This document shows positions 40,940 to 50,568 of a stretch of 64,000 nt of DNA, piece by piece. Origin of the DNA: Synechococcus sp. GTDB lineage: Bacteria; Cyanobacteriota; Cyanobacteriia; Thermostichales; PCC-7336. Position 1 is the stretch's first letter; each line of letters starts with the position of its first letter. Position numbers and translations under genes: made by a program. Location of the stretch: positions 1 to 64,000 of the forward strand of contig JBFRWN010000039.1 in NCBI GenBank assembly GCA_051439605.1, written 5' to 3'. The notes beneath the pieces are model-generated. The model did not search any database, was not told the origin of the DNA, and saw only the letters and a program-made list of their open reading frames with translations.

Positions 40940-41866
40940 TTAGCCATATAGCTTCAACAAAGACTCAACGGTGGGGTAGGCAATTTTCAACTGAAAGGTA
41001 GAAGGATCGACAGCCTTGTGGGTGAAGTGACGGTGATCGATGCAATAGTCATCCCACTCCGACAGCCGTACTCCAAAGTAGGGGGCAACACGACGGGCGA
41101 AGCGGAGAGGGAGGGGAAGGCGGAAGTAGATGCGCTTGTTATAGAACCGGCACACCTGCTCGATGCAGTCATTGACGTGCAGCACTGGATTCCCCAGAAC
41201 CCAATCGCCATTGTGTACAGAAGTGGCCAACAGCAGGTGGCGCGTGACAGTTGCGATATCGGCTGCATGCATGAAGTGAAAGCTGCCGTCCACTTTCAAA
41301 AATCGAAGCAGTCCTATCCAACGGGTGATGTTTTTCAGTCCTCCCGAAATATGCGAATAGGGGTGGCGGTCGTCCCCTCCAAATACGAGCGTGGGAAAGA
41401 GAGTCAAGAGTCGATCGCGCAGCTGAATCTGAGAACGACTCATCAGCATTTCGTATTTAGTTCGGATATAGGCGGTACCCGCCCGACTGGCGACGGATAC
41501 CGGCTGATTTTGCCGATCGAGCAAGCTGGCTGTAGAAAAGTAGAGAATTTTTTTACAGCGATCGCGATCGAGGAAGTTGAACAACGCCAAGGATTGGGTG
41601 ACGTTAACGGCTCTGGAAAATTCTTCCCCCCCCCAAGCAGCGGCTAAGTGGATAAGGTAGTCCATCTGCTTGAGAACATCAGCCTGCTGCTCAATTTGCA
41701 GCAAATCCCCTTGAATGATAGTGATGCGATCGCGGTTAATTTTCAATTGCAGCTTATCGGGATTTCTCAGTAGGAGGTATAGGTGTAAGTCCGGTTCAGC
41801 CGCTAAAGCCTCTACAACATAATGGCCGATGCAGCCGCTGGCCCCGGTGATAAAAACGTTACGCAA
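40940..41866 (-). CDS. NAD(P)-dependent epimerase/dehydratase family protein
   Basis: FITGASGCIG Rossmann motif, YFSTAS, YIRTK; TTG start. Confidence 0.88.
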   Translation of the reverse strand: MRNVFITGASGCIGHYVVEALAAEPDLHLYLLLRNPDKLQLKINRDRITIIQGDLLQIEQQADVLKQMDYLIHLAAAWGGEEFSRAVNVTQSLALFNFLDRDRCKKILYFSTASLLDRQNQPVSVASRAGTAYIRTKYEMLMSRSQIQLRDRLLTLFPTLVFGGDDRHPYSHISGGLKNITRWIGLLRFLKVDGSFHFMHAADIATVTRHLLLATSVHNGDWVLGNPVLHVNDCIEQVCRFYNKRIYFRLPLPLRFARRVAPYFGVRLSEWDDYCIDHRHFTHKAVDPSTFQLKIAYPTVESLLKLYG

Positions 41867-42086
41867 AGATTCCTAGCTCGTCAGTTCGCTGGGATTTATT
41901 GTACTGTTCCCCTAAGCCGCAACCCGCGAGGACTTGTTTTTACTGTTTCCGCGATCGGTAGTTTCAGTTTCTGCTCGAGCGCGAAAAAAGCATCCCTCTT
42001 CTCTGCCCAACATAACAATCTCCCCTTGAGAAACTTCTTTCAGGACTTCAATCTCCTCCAAACCCAAACCTATTCGGGTCGCCCCA

Positions 42087-43112
42087 ATGAGTAACGCGTC
42101 ATCCTCCCCTTCGTCCCTCCATCGATCGCAAGGGCTCAATGCAACTGTAGTATTGGTGCTCAACAAAATTCTGCAAGCGGCGCTGACGATGCTGTTGATC
42201 ACGCTGCTCAGCTTTTTTCTGATGCAGTTAGCTCCAGGAGACTTTCTCAGCCAATTCAGCCTCAATGCTGAAATTAGTCCCGATTTCATTGCGGCTGAGC
42301 GGGAGAGATTGGGACTCGATCGCCCTATCTACGTGCAATATCGGATCTGGTTGTTCAATCTCCTGAGGGGAGATTTCGGGTTTAGCTATGCGTCTCTACG
42401 ACCCGTTTCTGAGATCATCTTTGAGCGGGTGGGAGCCACGCTGTTGTTGGCGATCGCCTCTCTACTGTTGACCTGGGCGATCGCGATTCCGCTCGGAATA
42501 TTGAGTGCTCTCAAACAAAATAGCTGGCTCGATCGCCTCCTGCAGGTAGTTAGTTACACTGGCCAAGCAATGCCAAGTTTTGTGCTGGCGATTTTGCTGC
42601 TTTTTGTGGCTCAAACTGTCAGTGGATTGCCCATCGGTGGAATGACCAGCATCGATTTTTCCCAGCTGTCGCCTTTGGGTAAAGCCATGGACCTCCTCAA
42701 GCACCTGCTGCTGCCTGCACTAGCCCTCAGCATCACTGGCTTTGCTGGATTGCAGCGGATTACCCGCGGAGCGTTTTTAGATGTCTTGCGTCAGGATTAC
42801 ATTCAAAGTGCCCGAGCCAAGGGGCTATCGGAATCCCGCGTGATCGCAGTCCATGCCCTGCGCAATGCGATTAACCCCCTGATCACCATCCTGGGGTTTG
42901 AATTTGCCACGCTGCTGAGCGGTTCGTTTATTGCAGAGTTCTTTTTCAATTGGCCGGGGCTAGGAAGACTGCTGCTCGATTCCGTGCGCAGTTTCGATAT
43001 CAACGTGGTGATGGCTGGGTTACTGTTGGGTTCGTTCATGCTGATTTTGGGCAATTTTTTAGCTGACCTTGCCCTGCAATTTGTCGATCCACGCATTCGC
43101 ATTAATACGTGA
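42087..43112 (+). CDS. Peptide/nickel ABC transporter permease (OppB/DppB type), orphan
   Basis: GLDRP, GDFG.S, DYIQSARAKGL (EAA loop), FNWPGLG, DPRIR. Confidence 0.92.
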   Translation: MSNASSSPSSLHRSQGLNATVVLVLNKILQAALTMLLITLLSFFLMQLAPGDFLSQFSLNAEISPDFIAAERERLGLDRPIYVQYRIWLFNLLRGDFGFSYASLRPVSEIIFERVGATLLLAIASLLLTWAIAIPLGILSALKQNSWLDRLLQVVSYTGQAMPSFVLAILLLFVAQTVSGLPIGGMTSIDFSQLSPLGKAMDLLKHLLLPALALSITGFAGLQRITRGAFLDVLRQDYIQSARAKGLSESRVIAVHALRNAINPLITILGFEFATLLSGSFIAEFFFNWPGLGRLLLDSVRSFDINVVMAGLLLGSFMLILGNFLADLALQFVDPRIRINT

Positions 43113-43115
43113 ATG

Positions 43116-43147
43116 CATCAATACACCAGCACATCAACACATCAATA
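43116..43147 (+). repeat. Short tandem repeat, four imperfect 8-mers
   Basis: CATCAATA CACCAGCA CATCAACA CATCAATA. Confidence 0.5.
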
Positions 43148-43454
43148 AACATTGAGGTTTGAGCTCACCATTACAGCTGAATCTTGGATTCTGCTCCACA
43201 TGATGAATCAACTTCACAAATATAACGGTAAGAATTGCAACGCACAGTAAAAATGTAGCTGTTACAACACATTTTTAGTACGGCTTCGTACTATAAGGTC
43301 ATATCCTAGAGATAGGTGCTTTTCTCTAAGGTGTGATGGTCATTGCAATGGCTCGCTTCTGTCGAGCAGTTGCTGGGACCGATGTAGTTTGCTTCTGCGA
43401 CCCCTCCTCGCACATCTGCTTAGCAGATTTTGAAGGCAGCACTGAGGAAAACGA

Positions 43455-43958
43455 GTGAGTTCAATTGATGAAATAGGCTGGCAACTGTTGCACGATTTGC
43501 AGCAGAATGCCCGTCTTCCATTTGCTGAGTTGGGACGACGGGTGGGTTTATCCCTGCCAGCGGTTGCGGAACGGGTTCGTCGCATGGAGGAAACCGGGAT
43601 TATTCAGGGGTATCGAGCGGAGCTGAGCACCGAGCAGATCGGGTTTTCGATGCTAGTTTTCATCCAGCTGCAAACTGATGCAACGAATTACCCCTTGTTG
43701 GTGCAGCGGCTAGAGACCATGCCCGAGGTGCTTGAATGTCACCACGTAACGGGGGTGGATTCGTTCATTATGAAAGCTGCTTTTAAGTCGAAAGAGCATT
43801 TAGAGGAGTTCGTTCAACACCTCGGCTCATTTGGTCAAACCACCACTTCTCTCGTGCTGTCGACACCAATCTCCAAGCGGGTGTTTTCTCCACCCAAACA
43901 TCTTGCCAACAAAAAAAATAGCTCCAAAAACGAACTGTATCCCCATGGCGTTGGATAA
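43455..43958 (+). CDS. Lrp/AsnC family transcriptional regulator
   Basis: LQQNARLPFAELGRRVGLSLPAVAERVRRME..GII.GY; ECHHVTG; GTG start after GAGGA. Confidence 0.93.
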   Translation: MSSIDEIGWQLLHDLQQNARLPFAELGRRVGLSLPAVAERVRRMEETGIIQGYRAELSTEQIGFSMLVFIQLQTDATNYPLLVQRLETMPEVLECHHVTGVDSFIMKAAFKSKEHLEEFVQHLGSFGQTTTSLVLSTPISKRVFSPPKHLANKKNSSKNELYPHGVG

Positions 43959-44114
43959 AGAGACATCTTTTACCAAAACCAAAGACGAGAGGATAATCCC
44001 GTTCGTTGAGCCACAGCGCCTTGGTCTCGACTATGCTGCCGAGCCTCCGTTGAAAAAGCCAACTGCTGAAGAAATAGAGTCGGAGGTCAGTCTGCTTTGA
44101 AGGTTATCAATCTA

Positions 44115-44184
44115 GTTTTCGCATCTGCACCATCTTCCGTCTGTTGACGAATGATGAAAACACGGAACCTGCAGGTGCGAAAAC
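44115..44184. other. Long hairpin between the two lrp genes
   Basis: GTTTTCGCATCTGCA / TGCAGGTGCGAAAAC 15-bp stem plus an inner TTCCGT / ACGGAA stem. Confidence 0.6.
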
Positions 44185-44498
44185 CTCTCCATCAGGGAGA
44201 TGTAACAGAAAAATTGCTAGAAGTTAATTTTTAAAAGAGATTGCGGTATATTAGGTTCATTGTTTAAGCTGTTACAGGAATATTTGTATCAATCATTGTT
44301 GTAAGAGCTTTTGAACCGATTTAGCTCTGGCGCAAGTTGAGTCTTAACAAATCGGTAGGTGCTTCACAATTTCTTTGCTTCTGATGCCTAGCTGTTGCCT
44401 GTATCAGTAGCACGGTCAGCTTTGTCCTCGGTTTCTCTAAGCTTACATTGCAGCATTTTCAGCATTCATTTTGAGAAAGGCTACGCCTAGGAGACTAT

Positions 44499-45011
44499 AT
44501 GAACGTCATTGATGAGAAAGGTTGGAAGCTGCTTCTAGATTTGCAGCGGAATGCTCGTTTGCCATTTGCTGAATTGGGTCGGCGTGTTGGGCTTTCGCTA
44601 CCTGCGGTTGCCGAGCGGGTGCGCCGCATGGAAGAAGTAGGAATTATTAAGGGGTATAGTGCCGAACTCTCTACCGAGGTGCTCGGCCTTTCCATGCAGG
44701 TATTTATCCAGCTGCAAACTGACGCAAAGCATTTCTACGCACTTGAACAGCAGGTTGAGAGAATGCCTGAAATCCTTGAATGTCATCACGTGACAGGGGT
44801 TGATTCGTTCATCATAAAGGCAGCTGTGAGATCGAAAGAGCATTTGGAGGAGGTGCTCGGCAGCCTTAGAACATTTGGTCAAATGACAACTTCGCTCGTG
44901 CTCTCAACTCCGGTTTCAAAGCGAGTGTTTGAAACGCCGCCCTACAGCCATCTTGCCATCGAGACAAGGCAGAGTACTGGAAAAGTAGTGAAATTTTCCG
45001 CTAGGGCTTGA
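44499..45011 (+). CDS. Lrp/AsnC family transcriptional regulator (tandem paralog)
   Basis: HTH nearly identical to 43455-43958; AGGAG RBS. Confidence 0.93.
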   Translation: MNVIDEKGWKLLLDLQRNARLPFAELGRRVGLSLPAVAERVRRMEEVGIIKGYSAELSTEVLGLSMQVFIQLQTDAKHFYALEQQVERMPEILECHHVTGVDSFIIKAAVRSKEHLEEVLGSLRTFGQMTTSLVLSTPVSKRVFETPPYSHLAIETRQSTGKVVKFSARA

Positions 45012-45104
45012 CTCTCCGGACGGTGCTGTTGCATGCGGGCAATTCTGCATACGCTACTGGGTACAAGTGATTGGCATCAACTCATCAACAACCTCACTTG
45101 CCAT

Positions 45105-45836
45105 TCAGGACAATTTAACTTCAGAAATAACTGTTTTTGACAAGTCTTGTGGAGCAAGCCGGTCGTTCACCACTTGACCGTCTTTAAACCAAATGATTCT
45201 GCGGCTCATGCGGGCGACGTCTGCTTCGTGGGTCACCATGACAACGGTAATTCCATCACGATTGAGCTCTTCAAAAATCCCCATCACCTCCAGGGTGGTT
45301 TGGCTATCTAGCGCCCCAGTCGGTTCGTCAGCTAGCAACAGTAGGGGTCGATTCACAATTGCACGGGCGATCGCCACCCGTTGCTGCTGACCCCCCGATA
45401 GCTGAGTAGGTTTGTTATTCAGGCGATCTGCCAGACCCACTTTGGTTAAGACGTCCGCCGCCCGTTCCTGCCGTTCGCTTGCCGACACCCCTGAATACAC
45501 CATGGGTAGAGCGACATTTTCTAGGGCTGTGAGTTGTGGCAGGAGATGAAATTGTTGGAAGACAAAGCCAATTTTACGATTGCGGATATGGGCCAGCTCG
45601 TCATCTGGAAGTTGAGCTACGTCCGTCCCTTCTAGGAGGTACTGCCCTGATGTGGGGCTATCCAAACAGCCAATCACATTCATGGCTGTGGATTTACCTG
45701 AACCGGAGGCCCCCATGATCGAACAATATTCCCCTACGTCGATCTCCAGGTTGATGTGGGATAGAGCGCGCACTTCAGTATTGCCCGAACCGTAAATTTT
45801 CGAGACATCGACCAGCTGAATTAACGGGCGAGACAT
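45105..45836 (-). CDS. ABC exporter ATP-binding protein (MacB/LolD/DevA type)
   Basis: GASGSGKS, LSGGQQQRVAIARA, LLADEPTGALD, VTHE. Confidence 0.95.
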   Translation of the reverse strand: MSRPLIQLVDVSKIYGSGNTEVRALSHINLEIDVGEYCSIMGASGSGKSTAMNVIGCLDSPTSGQYLLEGTDVAQLPDDELAHIRNRKIGFVFQQFHLLPQLTALENVALPMVYSGVSASERQERAADVLTKVGLADRLNNKPTQLSGGQQQRVAIARAIVNRPLLLLADEPTGALDSQTTLEVMGIFEELNRDGITVVMVTHEADVARMSRRIIWFKDGQVVNDRLAPQDLSKTVISEVKLS

Positions 45837-45888
45837 TTTGACCTCAACAGGTGAAAAGAATACTGAAATCACTGAAAACCTATAGGGT

Positions 45889-47106
45889 CTAAGCGGTGCG
45901 AAGCGCCACAATGGGATCGAGCTTGGCAGCTTGTCTGGCAGGGATGACGCCAAAAATGAGGCCGATGGCACTCGATACCCCCACTGCACCTACTACCGCA
46001 CCTATGGACACACCAGGAGAAAACGGGGCAATCACCCCGACAGCAAACAGACCTGTTGTGCCGATCGCAATGCCCACGACTCCACCTGCCGCCGCCAAGA
46101 TGACGGACTCGATGGTGAACTGCAGCAAAATATCTTGCTGGGAGGCTCCGATGGCTTTGCGCAAGCCAATTTCTTGAGTGCGCTCTTTCACAGAAACGAG
46201 CATGATGTTCATGATGCCGATGCCCCCGACAAACAAGGAAATCCCGGCGATCGCTGCAAGCAATAATGTCAGGGCTTGTGTCACGGTGCCGGTGAACTCT
46301 AGCAAGTTTTGCTGACTGCGGATGACAAAGTCGTCCTCGTTCACAATTTTGTGACGCAATCGCAGCAGGTTCGCAATTTGGAACTCAGCCGCATTCATGC
46401 TGTCTTCTGTGGCGACTGAGGCTGCGATGTAAGTCAACTCGATGCCGAATGGAGAGGTTTGCCCCGCCAATCGACTGGCCATGGTGGTTAGGGGCACGAT
46501 CGCCACTTCGTCATAGTTGAGACCAACGCTCGAGCCCTTGCCTTCCAATACCCCAATCACCTGAAAACTAATATTGTTGATGCGGATGCGCTGTCCTAAC
46601 GGGTCTTTTTCGTCAAACAGGCGTTCGGCTAAATCGGGTCCCAGTACTGCTACGGGGGTATTGCGCTGACGATCGAGGTCCGAGATGAAACGGCCGTTGT
46701 CGAGATTAAAGTTGCGTACCTCTGTGAAACCGGGAGTGGTGCCCACTACAGTGGTGTTGGTGCTGCGGTTGCCGTAGGCAATCGTGCCCCGCAGGTTATA
46801 TTCGGGGGCTACAACTGCAATGGAGGGAACCTGTTCGGCGATCGCCTCTGCATCTGCCAATACCAGCGTCTTCGGTTGGTTGAAGCTAGCCCGCTGAGAC
46901 TCCTGATTACCCGGTAAGACAAACAGTAGATTGGGCCCCAGTCCTTCGATCTCTTCCCTGACATAAGTTTGAGCTCCTTCTCCGATGCCAACTAGGGCAA
47001 TGACCGAAGCGTTACCAATCACAATTCCCAACATGGTCAGCGTGCTGCGTAGCTTGTTGGCGGCTAGGGTTTTGACCGCCATAGAAAGGCTTTCGGCAAA
47101 GTTCAT
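45889..47106 (-). CDS. ABC exporter permease (MacB/FtsX type)
   Basis: NKLRS.LTMLGIVIG, GGIGIMNIMLVSV.ERT.EIGLRKAIGA, PARQAAKLDPI.ALR. Confidence 0.95.
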   Translation of the reverse strand: MNFAESLSMAVKTLAANKLRSTLTMLGIVIGNASVIALVGIGEGAQTYVREEIEGLGPNLLFVLPGNQESQRASFNQPKTLVLADAEAIAEQVPSIAVVAPEYNLRGTIAYGNRSTNTTVVGTTPGFTEVRNFNLDNGRFISDLDRQRNTPVAVLGPDLAERLFDEKDPLGQRIRINNISFQVIGVLEGKGSSVGLNYDEVAIVPLTTMASRLAGQTSPFGIELTYIAASVATEDSMNAAEFQIANLLRLRHKIVNEDDFVIRSQQNLLEFTGTVTQALTLLLAAIAGISLFVGGIGIMNIMLVSVKERTQEIGLRKAIGASQQDILLQFTIESVILAAAGGVVGIAIGTTGLFAVGVIAPFSPGVSIGAVVGAVGVSSAIGLIFGVIPARQAAKLDPIVALRTA

Positions 47107-47246
47107 CGTTTGGCAATACTCATAGTCAGAGTCGGCGGGAGAACGGATAATTCAGCGAGCAAGATAACAGGGATATAGAAGCGGACTGTGCCAATTTAGA
47201 GTGGGCCTGCGCAGGTCGATCGGGATTTGTCTGCAGACGTCATGAA

Positions 47247-48641
47247 TTATTTCCTGCGACCAAAGTTGAGATTTTCTAGACTTTGACCGGGGGGTAAATC
47301 GACAAATATGCGACTGCCGGGTTCGAGTCCATCTAAGACCTGCGTTTTGCTATCAACAGCAGAGCCAATGGTGATGGGGCTAAACCGAACGCGATCTCGC
47401 TCGTCCGGCACTAGCACGCCAGTTTTGCCATCCAGCGTTACGATGGAAACCGTCGGGACCACTAAGCCAGTTTCGGGGTTATCGCCCACAAATGTGGCAT
47501 CTACATTCATCCCCGATAGCAAGCGATCTAACCCGGTGACTAGATCCACCCGCACCTGGAAAGACGTGACGTTCTGCTCCACAACGGCTTCAGGGGAAAT
47601 CAGCTTCACTTGACCCTCAAATACTTCATTTGGGTAGGCATCGGCCACAATGTCTACAGTTTGGCCGACTGTAATCTGACCGATGTCCACCTCTGGAACT
47701 TCAGCCAGTATTTCGAGTCCACTGGCCAGAGCCACAATCGCGGTTGATGTCGCCGATGCCGCATCTGATGCTGAGGTGGTTGGGGTGACAAACGAGCCTT
47801 CCGTGGCAAACTTTTGCGTAATCGTGCCGGAAAATGGGGCGCGCACGATGGCGTCCTCCTGCCGTACCAGCGCTAACTGCAGTTGCGCCTGCGCTTCTGC
47901 CAGCTGCGCTTCCGCAGCTTCAATATCCTCGGCTCGACTCCCCCGTTGTATCAGCGCCAATGAGTCGGTGGCTTCCCTAAAATTGGCTTGCTGCAGTAAC
48001 AATGTAGTGCGAGCAACGGTTTCCCGATTAATGGCCCCATCCAGATCGTCCTGAGAAATAGCCCCTTGCTCTGCTAAGGCTTGATTGCGGACGAGGCGAT
48101 CGTCTGCCAATGCTAATTGAGCGTTGGCCTCTTGCACCCTGGCTTCTGCTTGAGCCAGTCGGGCTTCCGCTTGGGCAATTTCTTCAGGACGGTTACCTGC
48201 CCGTAGCGCATTGAGTTGTGCCTGGACGCGAGCCACCTGTGCCCGAGCCCGAGCAACATCTGCAGCGACATCGTCTGCTTCCATCAATGCGATTTCCTGT
48301 CCAGCATCTACCTCATCCCCTTGCTCTACGAGTAGTGCTTCCAAAATCCCGGCAGTTTTAGGGCTGAGATTAACGCTGCTGACCGGCTGCACGGTTCCGC
48401 TGGCGGTAATGCGCAGAGTTATGGTCTCTTGTTCGACAGGGACGGTGAGTGTTTCTATATCCCAGTCGGTACTGCTCTGCTGGCGGACAACAATGCCAGC
48501 TGAGAGTGCTCCGATAGCGATCGCCGCAGCTATCCCCCAAGGCCATAAGCGTCTGGGGAGCTTCGGCTTTGTAGACTTCACTGAGGGAGGTTCGGTGGCG
48601 GGGACGCGATTGCTTACAGGTCGCTCGGAAATCTGGGTCAT
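47247..48641 (-). CDS. HlyD/MacA family periplasmic adaptor
   Basis: N-terminal TM helix, ASGTVQP, lipoyl halves, long coiled coil, RAPFSG. Confidence 0.93.
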   Translation of the reverse strand: MTQISERPVSNRVPATEPPSVKSTKPKLPRRLWPWGIAAAIAIGALSAGIVVRQQSSTDWDIETLTVPVEQETITLRITASGTVQPVSSVNLSPKTAGILEALLVEQGDEVDAGQEIALMEADDVAADVARARAQVARVQAQLNALRAGNRPEEIAQAEARLAQAEARVQEANAQLALADDRLVRNQALAEQGAISQDDLDGAINRETVARTTLLLQQANFREATDSLALIQRGSRAEDIEAAEAQLAEAQAQLQLALVRQEDAIVRAPFSGTITQKFATEGSFVTPTTSASDAASATSTAIVALASGLEILAEVPEVDIGQITVGQTVDIVADAYPNEVFEGQVKLISPEAVVEQNVTSFQVRVDLVTGLDRLLSGMNVDATFVGDNPETGLVVPTVSIVTLDGKTGVLVPDERDRVRFSPITIGSAVDSKTQVLDGLEPGSRIFVDLPPGQSLENLNFGRRK

Positions 48642-49205
48642 ATTGATTGGCTACAGAGTGAATTGCTTGGAAGAGAGAGAGGCTTGCCGGTGCACAAAAT
48701 ACGCATCTAATGAGTTTCAGTCCGATCGAGTGTTCGTTGCAGGCCAATAGTGGATGAAACGAGAAGGTCTTCGATACAAAACTTAATTGTTCTGTTTCCA
48801 TCATTATATTGAATTGGAGACGGACGAAACCGGAGGATGATGCACGATCCTCAAAGCTGTGTGTCGTTGAAGGTCGCCCCAGCAACACCTTTTACCGTTC
48901 GCTTAATTATCTCTATTGAAGCTTGGCAAGGCTTTATCTTTGCAGTGATTCAATCGTCATCCTGACTGTGCAAATCCGCGTTTCCGTTAAAAAGCCTCTC
49001 GTGTCTTACACCTTAGAAACAGAGCGCAGCAGCCTACGATCTCGTTTTCTTACCAATCTATAGTGACTCATTTATACAAATGGTATGTCGCGTCTGCGGA
49101 GAATCGATCTCCTTAATACTCATATCCCATAATCCATATGCGATCTTTTCCCGCTCGACCAGAATTGAACTGCTGCCAGCAAATATGAGTATTTTGTAAA
49201 AATGC

Positions 49206-49233
49206 TTTACATTTTGAAATAATCGGCTATTAT
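49206..49233 (+). promoter_or_regulatory. Probable psbA promoter
   Basis: TTTACA-N16-TATTAT upstream of an AU-rich leader and AAGGA RBS. Confidence 0.5.
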
Positions 49234-49270
49234 TGACACATACATTTCCTATTTATCAAGGAATTCTCAA

Positions 49271-50353
49271 ATGACGACTCTAGTACAACGCCGCGAAAGC
49301 AGCAGCGTATGGGAGCAGTTCTGCGAGTGGGTCACCAGCACCGACAACCGCATCTACGTAGGTTGGTTCGGCGTCCTGATGATCCCCTGCCTGTTAACTG
49401 CAGCCATCACCTTCATCATTGCCTTCGTAGGCGCCCCCGCTGTTGACATCGACGGCATCCGCGAGCCCGTTCAAGGGTCTCTGTTCGGCGGCAACAACAT
49501 CATCTCCGGTGCTGTTGTGCCTTCCTCCGCAGCCATCGGCCTGCACCTCTACCCCATCTGGGAAGCGTCTTCCTTGGATGAGTGGCTGTACAACGGCGGT
49601 ACCTACCAGCTGGTGGTTCTGCACTTCTTGCTCGGCGTCGCTTGCTACATGGGCCGCGAGTGGGAACTGTCCTACCGTCTGGGCATGCGCCCCTGGATTG
49701 CCGTTGCTTACTCTGCACCCGTTGCAGCCGCTACCGCAGTCTTCTTGATTTACCCCATCGGTCAGGGTTCCTTCTCTGACGGCATGCCTCTGGGTATCTC
49801 CGGCACCTTCAACTTCATGTTGGTGTTCCAGGCCGAGCACAACATTCTGATGCACCCCTTCCACATGCTGGGTGTAGCCGGTGTCTTCGGTGGTTCTTTG
49901 TTCTCCGCCATGCACGGTTCTCTGGTGACTTCTTCCCTGATTCGCGAGACCTCTGAAGAAGAGTCCCAGAACGCGGGTTACAAGTTCGGTCAGGAAGAAG
50001 AGACCTACAACATCGTGGCAGCACACGGCTACTTCGGTCGTCTGATCTTCCAATATGCTTCCTTCAACAACAGCCGCTCTCTGCACTTCTTCTTGGCAGC
50101 GTGGCCTGTAGTGGGCATCTGGATGACTGCGTTGGGCATCAGCACCATGGCATTCAACTTGAACGGTTTCAACTTCAACCAGTCCATCGTGGATGCATCT
50201 GGTCGCGGAGTTGCTACTTGGGCTGATGTGATCAACCGTGCCAACCTGGGTATGGAAGTGATGCACGAGCGCAACGCTCACAACTTCCCCTTGGACCTGG
50301 CTGCTGGCGAAGCTGCTCCTGTGGCTCTGACTGCTCCCGTTATCAACGCTTAA
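49271..50353 (+). CDS. psbA: Photosystem II D1 protein (standard type, Glu130)
   Basis: [50 protein letters not shown] plus a 16-aa C-terminal extension. Confidence 0.99.
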   Translation: MTTLVQRRESSSVWEQFCEWVTSTDNRIYVGWFGVLMIPCLLTAAITFIIAFVGAPAVDIDGIREPVQGSLFGGNNIISGAVVPSSAAIGLHLYPIWEASSLDEWLYNGGTYQLVVLHFLLGVACYMGREWELSYRLGMRPWIAVAYSAPVAAATAVFLIYPIGQGSFSDGMPLGISGTFNFMLVFQAEHNILMHPFHMLGVAGVFGGSLFSAMHGSLVTSSLIRETSEEESQNAGYKFGQEEETYNIVAAHGYFGRLIFQYASFNNSRSLHFFLAAWPVVGIWMTALGISTMAFNLNGFNFNQSIVDASGRGVATWADVINRANLGMEVMHERNAHNFPLDLAAGEAAPVALTAPVINA

Positions 50354-50395
50354 TTACGGCTTGATTTCGTAATAGAATCTTTCCATTCTATGTGT

Positions 50396-50430
50396 AGATG
50401 CTGCCCCTGTTGGGGCGGCATCTGTTTTTT
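50396..50430 (+). terminator. psbA intrinsic terminator
   Basis: AGATGCTGCCCC-loop-GGGGCGGCATCT followed by a T run. Confidence 0.9.
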
Positions 50431-50568
50431 AGTAATTGAGCGCATCTGGAATAACAATTGGCATATCGGGAGCAAGTTGGGCAATAACTCTCGATTTCTC
50501 GACTTCTTTCGGCAAGGATGAAATCTCGCTCGGAACTCATCGACGGGACCACTCGACAGAGGGTTGTC

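Noticed and set aside
49394..50281. 295-aa antisense ORF over psbA, and similar shadow ORFs over thiC, prlC and clpC
   Set aside because: Explained by strong codon bias on the sense strand.
49271..50353. psbA as an atypical (rogue, far-red or ChlF) D1
   Set aside because: Mn-cluster ligand motifs (D170, E189, H332, E333, D342, A344) are intact; it is a standard Glu130 form.
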